Source: Ostreococcus lucimarinus (taxonomy: Eukaryota). From it: DNA of 64,000 nucleotides. Made by a program: the position numbers and the translations under genes. The stretch lies in the NCBI GenBank assembly GCA_000092065.1, contig CP000583.1; one strand, given 5' to 3'. How positions within the stretch are numbered: the first letter of the stretch is position 1; each line of letters starts with the position of its first letter. Of this stretch, positions 20,545 to 30,828 are shown in pieces. A model generated the notes under the pieces. It ran no database searches, was not told the origin of the DNA, and saw nothing but the letters and a program-made list of their open reading frames with translations.

Positions 20545-21687
20545 ATGTCTGCCGCCACCTCCGCCTGCGCTCGCGCGATCGTCGCGACGAAGAAGACCAC
20601 CGCGGCGCGCCGCGCGGGCAAGTCGGCGACGCGGGCGACGCCGCGATCCGTCGCGGCGCGCGCGGGGGGCGCGGGCACGCCGTTCACGACGTGGATCTTG
20701 CAACAAGAGATGGAAGAAAAGATCGACGGCGAACTCGCGGTCGTGTTGTCGAGCATCGGCTTGGCGTGCAAGCAAATCGCGAGCTTGGTGCAACGCGCCG
20801 GGCTTCAAGGCATGACGGGTTTGGCGGGCGAGACGAACGTGCAAGGTGAAGACCAAAAGAAGCTCGACGTCATCTCCAACGATGTGTTCTGCGATGTCTT
20901 GCGTCAAACCGGCCGCACGGGCGTGATTGCGTCCGAGGAAGAAGACGTGCCGGTCGCCGTCGAAGAAACCTTCGGCGGTAACTACGTCGTCGTCTTCGAT
21001 CCGCTCGATGGCTCTTCCAACATCGACGCCGCCGTTTCCACGGGTTCCATCTGGGGCATCTACGAGTCCGACTCCACGTGCATCCCGGATTTTGGCACCG
21101 AAGATGCGGCCAAGATTGAAGAGAAGTGCGTCATGAACGTGTGCCAACCGGGGAACAACTTGTTGTGCGCGGGCTACTGCATGTACTCCTCTTCCACCAT
21201 CCTCGTCTTGACCCTCGGTGAGGGTGTGTACGGTTTCACCCTCGACCCGACCGTCGGCGAGTTCATCATGTCCCACGACAACATCAAGGTTCCGGAATCT
21301 GGTAAGATTTACTCCTTCAACGAAGGCAACTACGACATGTGGACTCCGGGCTTGAAGAAGTACATGGACTCCCTCAAGACTGGCGGCGCGGAACAAGGCA
21401 CCAAGCCGTACAGCGCCCGTTACATCGGTTCCCTCGTCGGTGACTTCCACAGAACCATCTTGTACGGAGGCATCTACGGCTACCCGGGCGACTCCAAGAA
21501 CCCGAACGGTAAGCTTCGCCTCTTGTACGAGTGCGCGCCGATGTCCTTCATCGCCGAACAAGCCGGCGGTATGGGTTCCACCGGTAAGGAGCGCGTCCTT
21601 GACGTTGTCCCGGAAAAGTTTCACCAACGTGTGCCGTTCTTCACCGGCTCCAAGAAGGAAGTGCAGTACTTGGAATCCTTCATGTAG
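20545..21687 (+). CDS. FBP: Fructose-1,6-bisphosphatase, probably plastid-targeted
   Basis: FBPase signatures DPLDGSSNIDAAVSTGSIWGIY and GGIYGYPGDSKNPNGKLRLLYECAPMSFIAEQAGG. The 60-aa N-terminal extension is rich in A/R/S/T (transit-peptide-like). Confidence 0.9.
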   Translation: MSAATSACARAIVATKKTTAARRAGKSATRATPRSVAARAGGAGTPFTTWILQQEMEEKIDGELAVVLSSIGLACKQIASLVQRAGLQGMTGLAGETNVQGEDQKKLDVISNDVFCDVLRQTGRTGVIASEEEDVPVAVEETFGGNYVVVFDPLDGSSNIDAAVSTGSIWGIYESDSTCIPDFGTEDAAKIEEKCVMNVCQPGNNLLCAGYCMYSSSTILVLTLGEGVYGFTLDPTVGEFIMSHDNIKVPESGKIYSFNEGNYDMWTPGLKKYMDSLKTGGAEQGTKPYSARYIGSLVGDFHRTILYGGIYGYPGDSKNPNGKLRLLYECAPMSFIAEQAGGMGSTGKERVLDVVPEKFHQRVPFFTGSKKEVQYLESFM

Positions 21688-21852
21688 ACGCCGCATATTT
21701 TTCACAACCTAGACGGAGATTTGTTTGTTAATACGACGAATTTTTGATTCGACACCGCTCGCGAGACGACCGCGCGACTTAAATAATCATCAAGGTGATG
21801 GATATTGATAATTTTCTACAGCGAAAAAAATGACTGACGACAATAAATCACT

Positions 21853-22929
21853 TTACTGAGACTTGGCCACGCTCGTGGCGCGCTTGATGGCGCGCTTGAT
21901 GGCGTCTCTGTCGAGACGCGTGACGACGTGAATTTCTTGGACTTGGCGTCCCGCGCGCGCGAGCAGGTTGTAACCATCTTCAACAAACACATTCGTGAGC
22001 CAAAGCTCGAGGTCTTGGCTCACGACGCGTTGTTCCATCGCTTGGCGACCCGGGATGACGGCTTCGATGCCATCCTCCTTGAGCAGGGAGCTACAGATGT
22101 CCGGCAATCCCGGAAGCGGAATCTCGCTCAAATCGTCCTCATCGATCGATGGTTCCGGCATCGTCACCGGCATGATGGTTTCCAACGTCTCCATCAACGG
22201 ATCAGCTTGCGTTTGCTTGATGCTGAAGTTGATGCGACCGGTTTCGTCGTTCACCTCTAAAACCTTGACAAACTCGCGTTGTCCAACCTTGACCGCGTCT
22301 CTCGGGTGACTAATTCTATTCCACGAGATCTCAGAGATGTGCACCAATCCCTCCAACCCGCTCGCTTCGCCTTGACCGTCGCACACCTCCACGAACGCCC
22401 CAAAATCGCTCAACGAGGTGACGACGACCTCCTTGACGTCGCCCACGGGTAACTTTTCGCTCGCCCGTTCCTGCAACAACGCTCGCTCGCTCACCACGAT
22501 CCGCTTCGACGAGTGATCGACCAACTTCACGTCGATCAATTTCCCGATCTGCGCCTCGAGCATCTTCGTCTCGTCCGCCTCCTCGGCCCCCCCCCTGAAG
22601 TCGCCCCGCAGGCGACTCGATCGCATTTGGCTCTTCGGCAAAAACGCCCGAAAGCGTCCCTTGGTCACCCTGAGCACCACCCCGCCGCGATTCACCACCT
22701 CCACCTTCCCCGTGAGTCGCCCTCCGTCGCGTTCGATCGCCTCGATCGCCGCGCGCACGTCCTGTTCGCGCGCGTTCTTCGCGTCGCCGCCCGCCTCCGC
22801 GTTCGCCCTCGCCCGCGTCGTCCCTCGTCGCTTCGTCGCGCGCGCGCCTCGTCGCGCCCGCGTCGTCGTCGTCGTCGTCGTCGTCACCGTCGCCGCGCCG
22901 CGACGCGCCATCGTCGCCGTCGTCGCCAT
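21853..22929 (-). CDS. S1 RNA-binding domain protein (two S1 domains), possibly organellar
   Basis: GDVKEVVVTSLSDFGAFVEV...GLVHISEISWNRISHPRDAVKVGQREFVKVLEV is an S1 fold. The N-terminus is Thr/Arg-rich and presequence-like. Confidence 0.7.
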   Translation of the reverse strand: MATTATMARRGAATVTTTTTTTTRARRGARATKRRGTTRARANAEAGGDAKNAREQDVRAAIEAIERDGGRLTGKVEVVNRGGVVLRVTKGRFRAFLPKSQMRSSRLRGDFRGGAEEADETKMLEAQIGKLIDVKLVDHSSKRIVVSERALLQERASEKLPVGDVKEVVVTSLSDFGAFVEVCDGQGEASGLEGLVHISEISWNRISHPRDAVKVGQREFVKVLEVNDETGRINFSIKQTQADPLMETLETIMPVTMPEPSIDEDDLSEIPLPGLPDICSSLLKEDGIEAVIPGRQAMEQRVVSQDLELWLTNVFVEDGYNLLARAGRQVQEIHVVTRLDRDAIKRAIKRATSVAKSQ

Positions 22930-23188
22930 CGTCGTCGTCGTGTGCCGACGCGTGCGCGCCGGCGGATAGCGTCGACGTCACGCGCCGGGCGTCGCCAGAC
23001 GAGGGCGAACGTCGCGTTTCGCCACACGAGGGCGAACGTCGCGTTTCGCCGAACGAGGGCGAACGTCGCGTTTCGCCGAACGAGGGCGAACGTCGCGTCG
23101 CCGCCCGACGGTTCTGGTCGTCGACGCGCGACGCGTCGGCGCTCGCGGATCGCGTCGACAGACGCCGACGACGGGGGAGCGCGCGACG

Positions 23189-24109
23189 ATGGGACGCGCG
23201 ACGGACGCGACGCGCGCGGTGACGCAGAGCGCGAACTCGATCGCGGCGCTGCGCGCGGTGGAGAGCGAACGGGCGGATGGATTGATGAAAGATCCGTGGG
23301 CGCGCGAACTCGCGGGCGCGCGCGCGATGGCGCGCGCGGACGCGCGGCGGCGCGAGGACGGGGATAAGGGGAGAATCGCGGTGCGCACGAAGTTTTTCGA
23401 CGATTTCGTGACGGCGGCGGCGGGGAAGATGGCGAGCGCGCGGGGGGAGACGACGCAGGTGGTGCTTCTGGGCGCGGGGTACGACACGCGGAGCTGGCGA
23501 TTGCGCGCGGCGAGCGAAGAGGCGCGAGAACGAACGAGCGTGTACGAGGTCGACGTCGAGGAGGTGTTGGCGCGAAAGCGCGAAGTCGTGAGCGACGCGC
23601 CGTTGACGCTCGGCGCGGAGCGACGCGAGGTGGCGAGCGATATCGCCAAAGACGATTGGGTCGCCGCGCTCAAAGCCGCGGGAATGTCCACGGAGTTGCC
23701 CACGGTGTGGGTTCTCGAAGGGTTGCTCTATTACCTGTCGCCGCGATGCGCCAAAAAGACGCTCGCGCTGTGTCATCGGTCGTGCGGGCCCGGGAGCGTC
23801 GTCGCCGTCTCCGTCGTCAACGCGCCGTCGCTCCGACGCGCGCGTCGCGAGCCGTTCAAGAGCAAGTTTCTTCGCGTTTTCGGTCGCGCCGCACCGAAGA
23901 CCGCGCGTCAGTGCTGGAAATCGTCCTGCGACGTGCCGCCCGAGGCGTACTTTGCGCCGTGGCGTCTCGACGCGTGCGCCCAACTCGGCGACGGCGCGCT
24001 CCATTACGGACGTTGGACCGGCGCGCCGCCGACGCCTTTCGCCACCGACAGAAAATCCTATCGTCGCGATCCCACTCCTAGGACGTTTTACGTCGCCGCG
24101 TCGAAATAG
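23189..24109 (+). CDS. SAM-dependent methyltransferase of the LCMT / TcmP-like O-methyltransferase family (PF04072-like)
   Basis: VVLLGAGYDTRSWRL and WVLEGLLYYLSP resemble the bacterial 'putative S-adenosyl-L-methionine-dependent methyltransferase' / leucine carboxyl methyltransferase family. Confidence 0.6.
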   Translation: MGRATDATRAVTQSANSIAALRAVESERADGLMKDPWARELAGARAMARADARRREDGDKGRIAVRTKFFDDFVTAAAGKMASARGETTQVVLLGAGYDTRSWRLRAASEEARERTSVYEVDVEEVLARKREVVSDAPLTLGAERREVASDIAKDDWVAALKAAGMSTELPTVWVLEGLLYYLSPRCAKKTLALCHRSCGPGSVVAVSVVNAPSLRRARREPFKSKFLRVFGRAAPKTARQCWKSSCDVPPEAYFAPWRLDACAQLGDGALHYGRWTGAPPTPFATDRKSYRRDPTPRTFYVAASK

Positions 24110-24275
24110 CGTGTAGCTTAGAATTTCCCGCGGTCGGCCGCGGCATATTCTCGGTCGGCCGCCCAACACTAAATCCATCTTCTTCGGCTTTTTCCCCGAA
24201 ATCCCGACGTAATACTTGACGATCGCCCGCGTCGCGAACCCATCGCCACCTTTCCGCGATACTTGGCGACAAGGC

Positions 24276-24301
24276 CACGTGGCAACGGCACGTGGCAACG
24301 G
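24276..24301 (+). promoter_or_regulatory. Tandem 13-bp repeat containing two G-box/E-box CACGTG cores (CACGTGGCAACGG x2), about 210 bp upstream of the SERP1/RAMP4 ATG
   Basis: Read directly: ggcCACGTGGCAACGGCACGTGGCAACGGcac. Function is inferred only. Confidence 0.3.
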
Positions 24302-24506
24302 CACTCGCCGACGCGCCCGAACCCCGTGTTCGCGCACGGAATCGCTCGGAACGAAGATGGTGCGTAGAAAAACATCACTCGACGCGTCGCGCGCGGTTGA
24401 ACGCGCGTCGCGCGCGCGCGCGTCGCGATCGCGTCGCGATCGCGTTCGATCTCCCGGTTTTTCACACTGACGATGGATCGCGCGCGCACAGGCTGTCTCG
24501 CACCGC

Positions 24507-24704
24507 ATGATGGCGCACAAGTCGCGAAAGTTCCATGGGAACATCCACCGACGCGGTTTAGTGGATTCCGGCAGCGCGAAGAAGAAGGATTTCAGCGTCG
24601 GTCCGGTGATGCTGGGATTCTTCGTCTTCGTCGTCATCGGCTCGAGCATTTTGCAAGTGCTCAAGTCTGCGTCTTCGGGACCTCTCGCCTCGCAAGCGAT
24701 GTAA
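24507..24704 (+). CDS. SERP1: Stress-associated ER protein / ribosome-associated membrane protein RAMP4 (SERP1 family)
   Basis: 65 aa: MMAHKSRKFHGNIHRRG...SVGPVMLGFFVFVVIGSSILQVL matches RAMP4 [22 protein letters not shown]...[23 protein letters not shown]. Confidence 0.75.
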   Translation: MMAHKSRKFHGNIHRRGLVDSGSAKKKDFSVGPVMLGFFVFVVIGSSILQVLKSASSGPLASQAM

Positions 24705-24832
24705 ACTATTCCGCGCGAACGTTGAACGCAGATAGCCGCACTGAGTGATCATCATCGCGTTTAGACACGCCACCGTAGTTTTGTACATTAACAAACATCT
24801 CTGGTCACTCACCCGACCGACTCGGCCAAGTT

Positions 24833-26341
24833 TTAACCGCCGTTGGTGTCTCTAGTCACCGCTAATTCTACTCTAGTGCCTCGATCTTCGTGCTCGGACG
24901 AGGCGTGAATCTCGGCGTATCCCGAAAGGCCGGATTTCATCGCGCTCTGGATTTCCTTCAACGGCTTGCGCGCCGTCTCGGGAATGTAAAGATAGACAAA
25001 AGTCGTCGACGCAAAGCACACGATGGCGTACACGACGAACGTGCCGGCGCCGATGGTGGAGATCATCGACGGGAAGATTGAATCAGAGAGCGCGCCCGAC
25101 GCGAAAAGCGTCGCCGTGACGAGCGCGATGGCTGACGACTTCGCCCGCATGGAGAACAGCTCGGAGACGAGAACCCAAAACACGCTCGCGAACGACGAAG
25201 AGAACGCCAAGATGAACGCGCAGAGACCGAAAAGAGTCCATCCGACGCTTTTGGCGGCGTAGCCGAAACACGCAACGCACAGCCCGAACCCGGAAGCGGC
25301 TGAACCGAACAACAACAACGGTCGCCGGCCGACGGAATCAACCATGGCGATGGACGCCGCCACTCCAACCGTTTTGCAGAGAATGATGACGCCCGTGTAC
25401 ATGTTGTACACGTCCATATCGCCGTTCGACGCCGACGCATCGTTCGCCAATCTGCGAAACACGCTCGAGCCGTAATTGATCACGCTCGTCGACGCGCACA
25501 TTTGGTTGAGCACCGCCATCGCGAGCGCCAGTCGAACCGCTCGTCTCTCGTCTCCCGACATCGCCTCGCGGACGCCTCCGACCGTGCTTTCGACGAATGA
25601 ACGCCAGAATCCGGCATCGTCACCCGCGCCGCCGTCAAATCCGATCCCCAACGCGCGCTCCTCCGCTAAAATCTCCCCGATTTCTTCCTCGACCGTCGCC
25701 GCGTCCGCGCCCGTCGCGCGAAGCGCGTCCCTCGCCCCGTTTTCGTCCCCACGCCTGAAAAGCCACCTCGGACTCTCCACCGACATCGCGAACACGATCG
25801 CGCTCCAAAATCCGAGCACCGCGGGCGAGAAAAGCACCAATCCGAGCGTCTTCTGCGGCGAGAACCACGTCAACGCGTTCGCCAACGCCATCCCCGCGCA
25901 CACGCTCAACTCGAAGCACGCCCCCACGCTCCCTCGCGCGCCGACCTCGCTCGTCTCCCCGCAGTACGCCGGCGCAATCACCGCCACCCCTCCCACGCCG
26001 ACGCCCAGCGCGACGCGCCCGAGCGCCATCCCGGTCGCGTCGCCCGCCTCCGCGCTCGCCCACGTCGCCGCGCTTCCGCACGCCGAGCACGCCAGCGTCA
26101 TCGCCGACGCCGATCTCCCCCGTCCGTGGCTCCGCATCAGCGCCGCGCCGACGAACGCACCGAGCGCGCCGCCGAGCTTGGCGCTCGCGACGACGACGCC
26201 TCGCGCCGCGGCGCTCAGCGCCAGCGTCCTTTCGAGCGTCGGCAGGATCCCACCGACGAGCGCGACGTCGTACCCGAGCGACAGCCCGCCGAGCAGGGCG
26301 AACCGATACGCGTGCGCGTTTCCGCGTCGACCGGGCGCCAT
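24833..26341 (-). CDS. Major facilitator superfamily sugar/polyol-type transporter
   Basis: 12-TM-like profile with MFS sugar-porter motifs (GRRPLLLFGSAASGFG, PETARKP near the C-terminus). ATG chosen at 26341 (MAPGRRGNAHAYRFALLGG). The 5' region carries a 13-bp tandem duplication. Confidence 0.7.
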   Translation of the reverse strand: MAPGRRGNAHAYRFALLGGLSLGYDVALVGGILPTLERTLALSAAARGVVVASAKLGGALGAFVGAALMRSHGRGRSASAMTLACSACGSAATWASAEAGDATGMALGRVALGVGVGGVAVIAPAYCGETSEVGARGSVGACFELSVCAGMALANALTWFSPQKTLGLVLFSPAVLGFWSAIVFAMSVESPRWLFRRGDENGARDALRATGADAATVEEEIGEILAEERALGIGFDGGAGDDAGFWRSFVESTVGGVREAMSGDERRAVRLALAMAVLNQMCASTSVINYGSSVFRRLANDASASNGDMDVYNMYTGVIILCKTVGVAASIAMVDSVGRRPLLLFGSAASGFGLCVACFGYAAKSVGWTLFGLCAFILAFSSSFASVFWVLVSELFSMRAKSSAIALVTATLFASGALSDSIFPSMISTIGAGTFVVYAIVCFASTTFVYLYIPETARKPLKEIQSAMKSGLSGYAEIHASSEHEDRGTRVELAVTRDTNGG

Positions 26342-26677
26342 CGCGCGGGTTTCGCGTCGCGCGCCGCGGCGCGAAACGACGCGCGACCGTCGGAACGTCG
26401 ACGCATTCGATTGATGAATTCGATTGATGAATTCGATTAACATCCGACGCCGTCGCCGCGCGCGACGCGTGAACCGCGCTACGCCGCGCCTCCGCTGTCG
26501 ACCGCGTCCATCTCTCGTTGCGTCAGCGCGCGCCTGGCGCGGCGCAGCGCCTCGGGCACGCGATCGGCGTCGAGCGCGCGCGGCGGTCGTCGGCGCGGCG
26601 CCGGCGTCGTCGTCGACGCGTCCGAGCGCGCGAGCGCCAGGCGCGCGAGCTCGCGCGCGTGCGCGGCGGCGGGGAGC

Positions 26678-27940
26678 GTGCTGAGGACGACGCCGTCCTC
26701 GCGCACGCGCGGCGGGAAGCGCATGCGCAGGAGCGAGGCGGACGCGCGCAGGGCGCCGCGTCGAAGCATGCGCGACGGCGCGGCGCGGAGTGAGACCGCG
26801 ACGCGCGACGCCGACGACGCGAGCGCCATGGCGACGCGCGCGCGGACGACGGCGACGACGGCGACGCGCGCGACGACGCGAACGACGCGGACGGCGCGGA
26901 CGGCGCGGACGACGCGACGCGCGGGGACGATGGCGATGACGTCGTCTCGCGTGACGTTCGCGACGCGAAAGCCGCGCGAGACGACGCGCGCGCGCGATGG
27001 CGACGGCGCGATATCGCGCGGACGACGCGCGATGACGCGCGCGCGGGCGCGCGGACGCGAGGACGAGACGCGAGACCCGAGATTGATCTCGCGAAGGGAC
27101 AAGGCGGCGAATCGAGAAAACGCGAAGACGTGGGTCGTCGTCGGGGGATTGGCGGTCGCGATGACGGCGGTGATCGCGCTGGTGTACGAAAATTCAACGG
27201 ATGGGTTCTTGTACGGGGTGGATTCGATCGAGTCGTACGCGGATTGGACCGGGGGGGGGGACGGGGAGTTTGACTTCGCGAGCGGGCGCGGCGCGGGCGG
27301 GGCGATGGATTTTTTGAGCGGGTCGGCGATTTTCGGCGCCGTGGTCTGGGCGTTGGGCTTATACTACGCGAGTCCGGTGTCGGTGGTGATGTTGTTTCTC
27401 GGGAGAACCGACAGCGAGCGGCCGAGCGATTGGTTACTGCGCAAAGCCACGGGGACGGCGCAGATGGAGGACGCGTCTTCGGCGAGCAAGGCGCTCATCG
27501 CGTGTTGGTTCTTGTTATCGGGCGTCGCCGTGTCGCAGCTCGGCGACGCCGCGTTCGGTGATGCGACGTGGCAAATTTCGAGCGGATTGGGGTTCGCCGT
27601 CATCGCCGGCGTGAGCGAACTCGGCAGACCGAAGCGCGTCGACGAGGCGACGATGGCGAAATTGGAGGCGCAGTACGCCGATTTCTGCGCCTTTGGAGAA
27701 AAGCGGCTGTCGCGCTCGGGGCGGTGTCATCAGAGCGAAATCTCAAAGGCGTTCCGAGCGGCCTATCCGCAGCACGCCGGCGAGGACGTGCTCGACGAGA
27801 TGGAGCTCCGCTCGCTCATAGCCAACTACTGGCCGGGCGCGGAGCGTTCGCCGAGAGGGTACTACAAAAATTTGTCGCTGCTCGATCGTGACGGCGCCCC
27901 GCTCACCGACCGCGTCTCCGTCAAGGATCTCGGATTGTAA
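26678..27940 (+). CDS. Hypothetical multi-pass membrane protein with an R/T-rich presequence-like N-terminus (start uncertain)
   Basis: The N-terminal 150 aa are low-complexity R/T/A. Then come 4 hydrophobic segments and a non-repetitive soluble C-terminus. No family recognised. Confidence 0.4.
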   Translation: MLRTTPSSRTRGGKRMRRSEADARRAPRRSMRDGAARSETATRDADDASAMATRARTTATTATRATTRTTRTARTARTTRRAGTMAMTSSRVTFATRKPRETTRARDGDGAISRGRRAMTRARARGREDETRDPRLISRRDKAANRENAKTWVVVGGLAVAMTAVIALVYENSTDGFLYGVDSIESYADWTGGGDGEFDFASGRGAGGAMDFLSGSAIFGAVVWALGLYYASPVSVVMLFLGRTDSERPSDWLLRKATGTAQMEDASSASKALIACWFLLSGVAVSQLGDAAFGDATWQISSGLGFAVIAGVSELGRPKRVDEATMAKLEAQYADFCAFGEKRLSRSGRCHQSEISKAFRAAYPQHAGEDVLDEMELRSLIANYWPGAERSPRGYYKNLSLLDRDGAPLTDRVSVKDLGL

Positions 27941-28074
27941 TATTTTATGCGCCGCGCGTTATCGTCGATCGCTCACTTTAGTCGCGGCGTCTTCGTCGCG
28001 TCTTCGTCGCTCATTCGTTCATCTTGTGACTGCTGCACCGCACCTCGCGTCGCGCGTCGCGCGGGACCGCCGCC

Positions 28075-29199
28075 ATGGCGCGGCGCAACCGAGCGTTGCG
28101 TCTCGCCCGCGGTCTCGCGGTGTGCGCGGCGCTCGTCGTCGTCGTGTGGGCGCTGCAGAGTGCGATGGGTTCTTTGAACATGGGTTCCGAAAACGCGCGT
28201 TCGGCGTCGATGCGCGGATCGTGGCCTCGCCGTGGACGCCCGAACGACGATTCGCATTCGTCGTCGTCGTCGACGAGCGCCTTCGCCGCGGGTCAGGCGT
28301 CGGTCGGGCCGCGCGTGTTCGAAGACGCGCACGCGGCGTGCGCGGCACCGAGCGTTCGAGCGGCGGCGCCGTCGGAACGCTCGAGAAAGGTGGCGGTGGA
28401 AAAGGCGAGAGACATAGCGAATGGAGGGTACGAAAAAGTGAGACAAGGCAGCGGAGACGTGCTGGTGCACGGGATGGTGACGGCGATGTTGTCGAATTAT
28501 CAGCACGACGACATGAGCTTGTTCGGCGCCGTCGGCGAGTTGGGAGTCCACCACGGTCGGTTCACGAGCTGCTTATTTATCACCGCAGACGCGAGCGAGG
28601 CGCTAGTGGCGGTGGATGTCTTTGAAAAGCAAAATTTGAACGTCGACGGCAGCGGTCATGGCAGTTATCATCGATTCATGCAAGCCATGTCGCACCTCGG
28701 GCTGCGATTCCGCGACTTTGCGCTTTTACACAAAGGATCGACGACAGATCTCGCGACGGATTGGCTTTCGAAGCACCACATCGATCCATTCCGCTTAGTA
28801 TCGGTCGATGCCGGACATACGGCGGAGTTAACGTTTCGAGACTTGGGCGCGGTGGCGTGTAATTTGGCGCCCGGCGGCGTCATCGTCGTGGACGATTTTT
28901 TCCACCCGCACTGGACCGGCGTGACCGAAGGCTTGTTCCAATACCTCACGCGTGGTGCTGTGCGTCTCTACCCCTTCCTCGTCTGCGCTGGGAAGGTTTA
29001 TCTCACGAACGACGCGTCGGCGCACGAGGCGTACGCGCGTCGTCTCCAATCCGACGCCGCCGTGGGCGAATTCTTCAAATCCGACAGCGCTGAGTTTCAC
29101 GGTTCGACGTACCACGAAATGGCGGGCGTTCACTTCCTCAACTGTCCCAACGTCGATCGCGCGCGCGTCACCGCGCGTTGGCTCGACGAGATACGTTAG
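28075..29199 (+). CDS. Type II membrane protein with a C-terminal class I SAM-methyltransferase-like (Methyltransf_24 / TylF-like) domain
   Basis: N-terminal signal anchor LAVCAALVVVVWAL. C-terminal LVSVDAGHTAELTFRDLGAVACNLAPGGVIVVDDFFHPHW resembles the ..PGGIIIVDDY macrocin-O-MTase-type fold. Low specificity. Confidence 0.4.
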   Translation: MARRNRALRLARGLAVCAALVVVVWALQSAMGSLNMGSENARSASMRGSWPRRGRPNDDSHSSSSSTSAFAAGQASVGPRVFEDAHAACAAPSVRAAAPSERSRKVAVEKARDIANGGYEKVRQGSGDVLVHGMVTAMLSNYQHDDMSLFGAVGELGVHHGRFTSCLFITADASEALVAVDVFEKQNLNVDGSGHGSYHRFMQAMSHLGLRFRDFALLHKGSTTDLATDWLSKHHIDPFRLVSVDAGHTAELTFRDLGAVACNLAPGGVIVVDDFFHPHWTGVTEGLFQYLTRGAVRLYPFLVCAGKVYLTNDASAHEAYARRLQSDAAVGEFFKSDSAEFHGSTYHEMAGVHFLNCPNVDRARVTARWLDEIR

Positions 29200-29273
29200 C
29201 GATCGTTTAGACGAATTGTAAGCCGCGCGCGCGGAAAAGCTCTGCTTCGTCCGCACTTCATCGCTCGTTCACG

Positions 29274-30753
29274 ATGTACGGCCGCGACCGCGACCCTCCT
29301 CCGCGGCGTCGGGACGACAGCAGGGACCGATACGACCGTCGCGATCGCCGCAGGGACTCGCGATCGCCCCCGCGCGGGCGCCGCGAGCGGTACGGCGGCG
29401 GCGGCGGCGGCCGCGGTCGCGATCCTCGACGAGGATTTCGACCCGAACGCGAGCGAAGCATGAGCCCGGGGCCGTGGGAACCGCAACCGAGGATGCGCAA
29501 GACGCTATTCGATGTTTTGCCCGAGGGTGGTGCGTCGACGCGCGCGCGCGCGCGCGATCCGTGGGCGACGAAGCGAGAGGGGCGCGAGAACGAGGACTGA
29601 CGAAGCGAAATCGCCGCGCGACGCAGTGGACCCGAATAATTTACCGCCCGTCGGGAGCGGGTACGCGCCGCCGCCGGGAATGGGATACGGCGGCAGAGGC
29701 TTGAACGCGACGGCGCAGGCGACGCGGCACGCGAGACGGATTTATGTCGGTGGAATCCCGCTCACGACGAACGAGGCGGACGTGAACGCGTTCTTTAACA
29801 ACGCGTTGCTCGCCGTCGGTGGCACGAACGGGGCGGAGGGACAACCGGTGGTGAACGTGTACATCAACGTGGAGAAAAAGTTCGCGTTCGTTGAGTTTCG
29901 TAGCGTGGAGGAGGCGTCAAACGCGCTCGCGTTGGACGGAATCGTTCTGGACGGCGTCCCGGTTCGCATTCGCAGACCGAATGATTACAACCCGTCGCTC
30001 GCACATGATTTAGGGCCGTCGATGCCCAACCCGGCGTTGAATCTCGCGGCGATCGGATTGGATCCTTCGGCTTTGCAACGCGCGGGCGTGGGTGGGAACC
30101 TTTTGCATGAACACGAGGATCGCATCTTCATCGGTGGTTTGCCGTACTTTTTAGACGAAGCCCAGATCCGGGAGTTGCTCGAAGCGTTCGGGCCGATTCG
30201 TCAATTTGATTTAGTGCGCGACAAGGAGACTGGAAATAGTAAAGGATACGGCTTCGTCGTTTACGAAGACGTCTCCGTCACGGACATCGCGTGTCAAGGG
30301 TTGAACGGCATGACGATGGGCGATAAAACGCTCACCGTGCGCCGCGCCGAGCAAAGTAACGCTCCCGGCGGCGTGCAACCTGGGATGATGAACGTGCCAC
30401 CACCGCCGCCCGCGATCGCGGCGCCTCCCACAAACCCACCGTCAACTGTGGTTTCCTTTGACAACATGGGCCTCACGGAAGAAGAATTGGCTGACGACGA
30501 AGAGTACGAAAACATCATGGAGGACATGCAAGAGGAATGTGGAAAGCACGGAGAGATTGTCTCCGTGGTCATTCCTAGACCGGGCAAGGATACAGACGAA
30601 AAGACTCCTGGAATCGGGAAGGTTTTCGTGCAGTATGCCTCTGTCGACGCCGCGACAAAGGCGCGAGATGCTCTCAACGGGAAGAAATTCGGCGGCGCCA
30701 CTGTCGTAGCGGATTTCTTGGATGAAGACGACTTCCGCGCGCGTAAATTCTAA
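29274..30753 (+). CDS. U2AF2: Splicing factor U2AF large subunit (U2AF65); exons 29274..29529 and 29627..30753 with a 97-nt intron GTGCGT...ACGCAG
   Basis: RS domain (RDRYDRRDRRRDSRSPPRGRRERY) followed by RRMs (RRIYVGGIPLTTNEADVNAFFN.., IFIGGLPYFLDEAQIRELLEAFGPIRQFDLVRDKETGNSKGYGFVVYED, C-terminal UHM KVFVQYASVDAATKARDALNGKKFGG). The two ORFs are in different frames and are reconciled by the intron. Confidence 0.85.
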
Positions 30754-30828
30754 ATTCTGAATCGTTTAGACTTCTAGGCATGACGTTGAGATAAAACTAT
30801 TAGCTACGATAAAAACTGAAAGAACGCA

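Noticed and set aside
22331-24664. 777-aa minus ORF spanning the S1 upstream region and the LCMT-like gene
   Set aside because: Arg/Gly-rich repetitive translation with no conserved motifs. It overlaps a plausible methyltransferase on the plus strand.
26405-26443. 13-bp tandem duplication (gaattcgattgat x2.5) at the listed start of the MFS ORF
   Set aside because: Probably 5'-UTR. The ORF start there yields an implausible N-terminus (MLIEFINRIHQSN), and a downstream ATG (26341) fits MFS topology.
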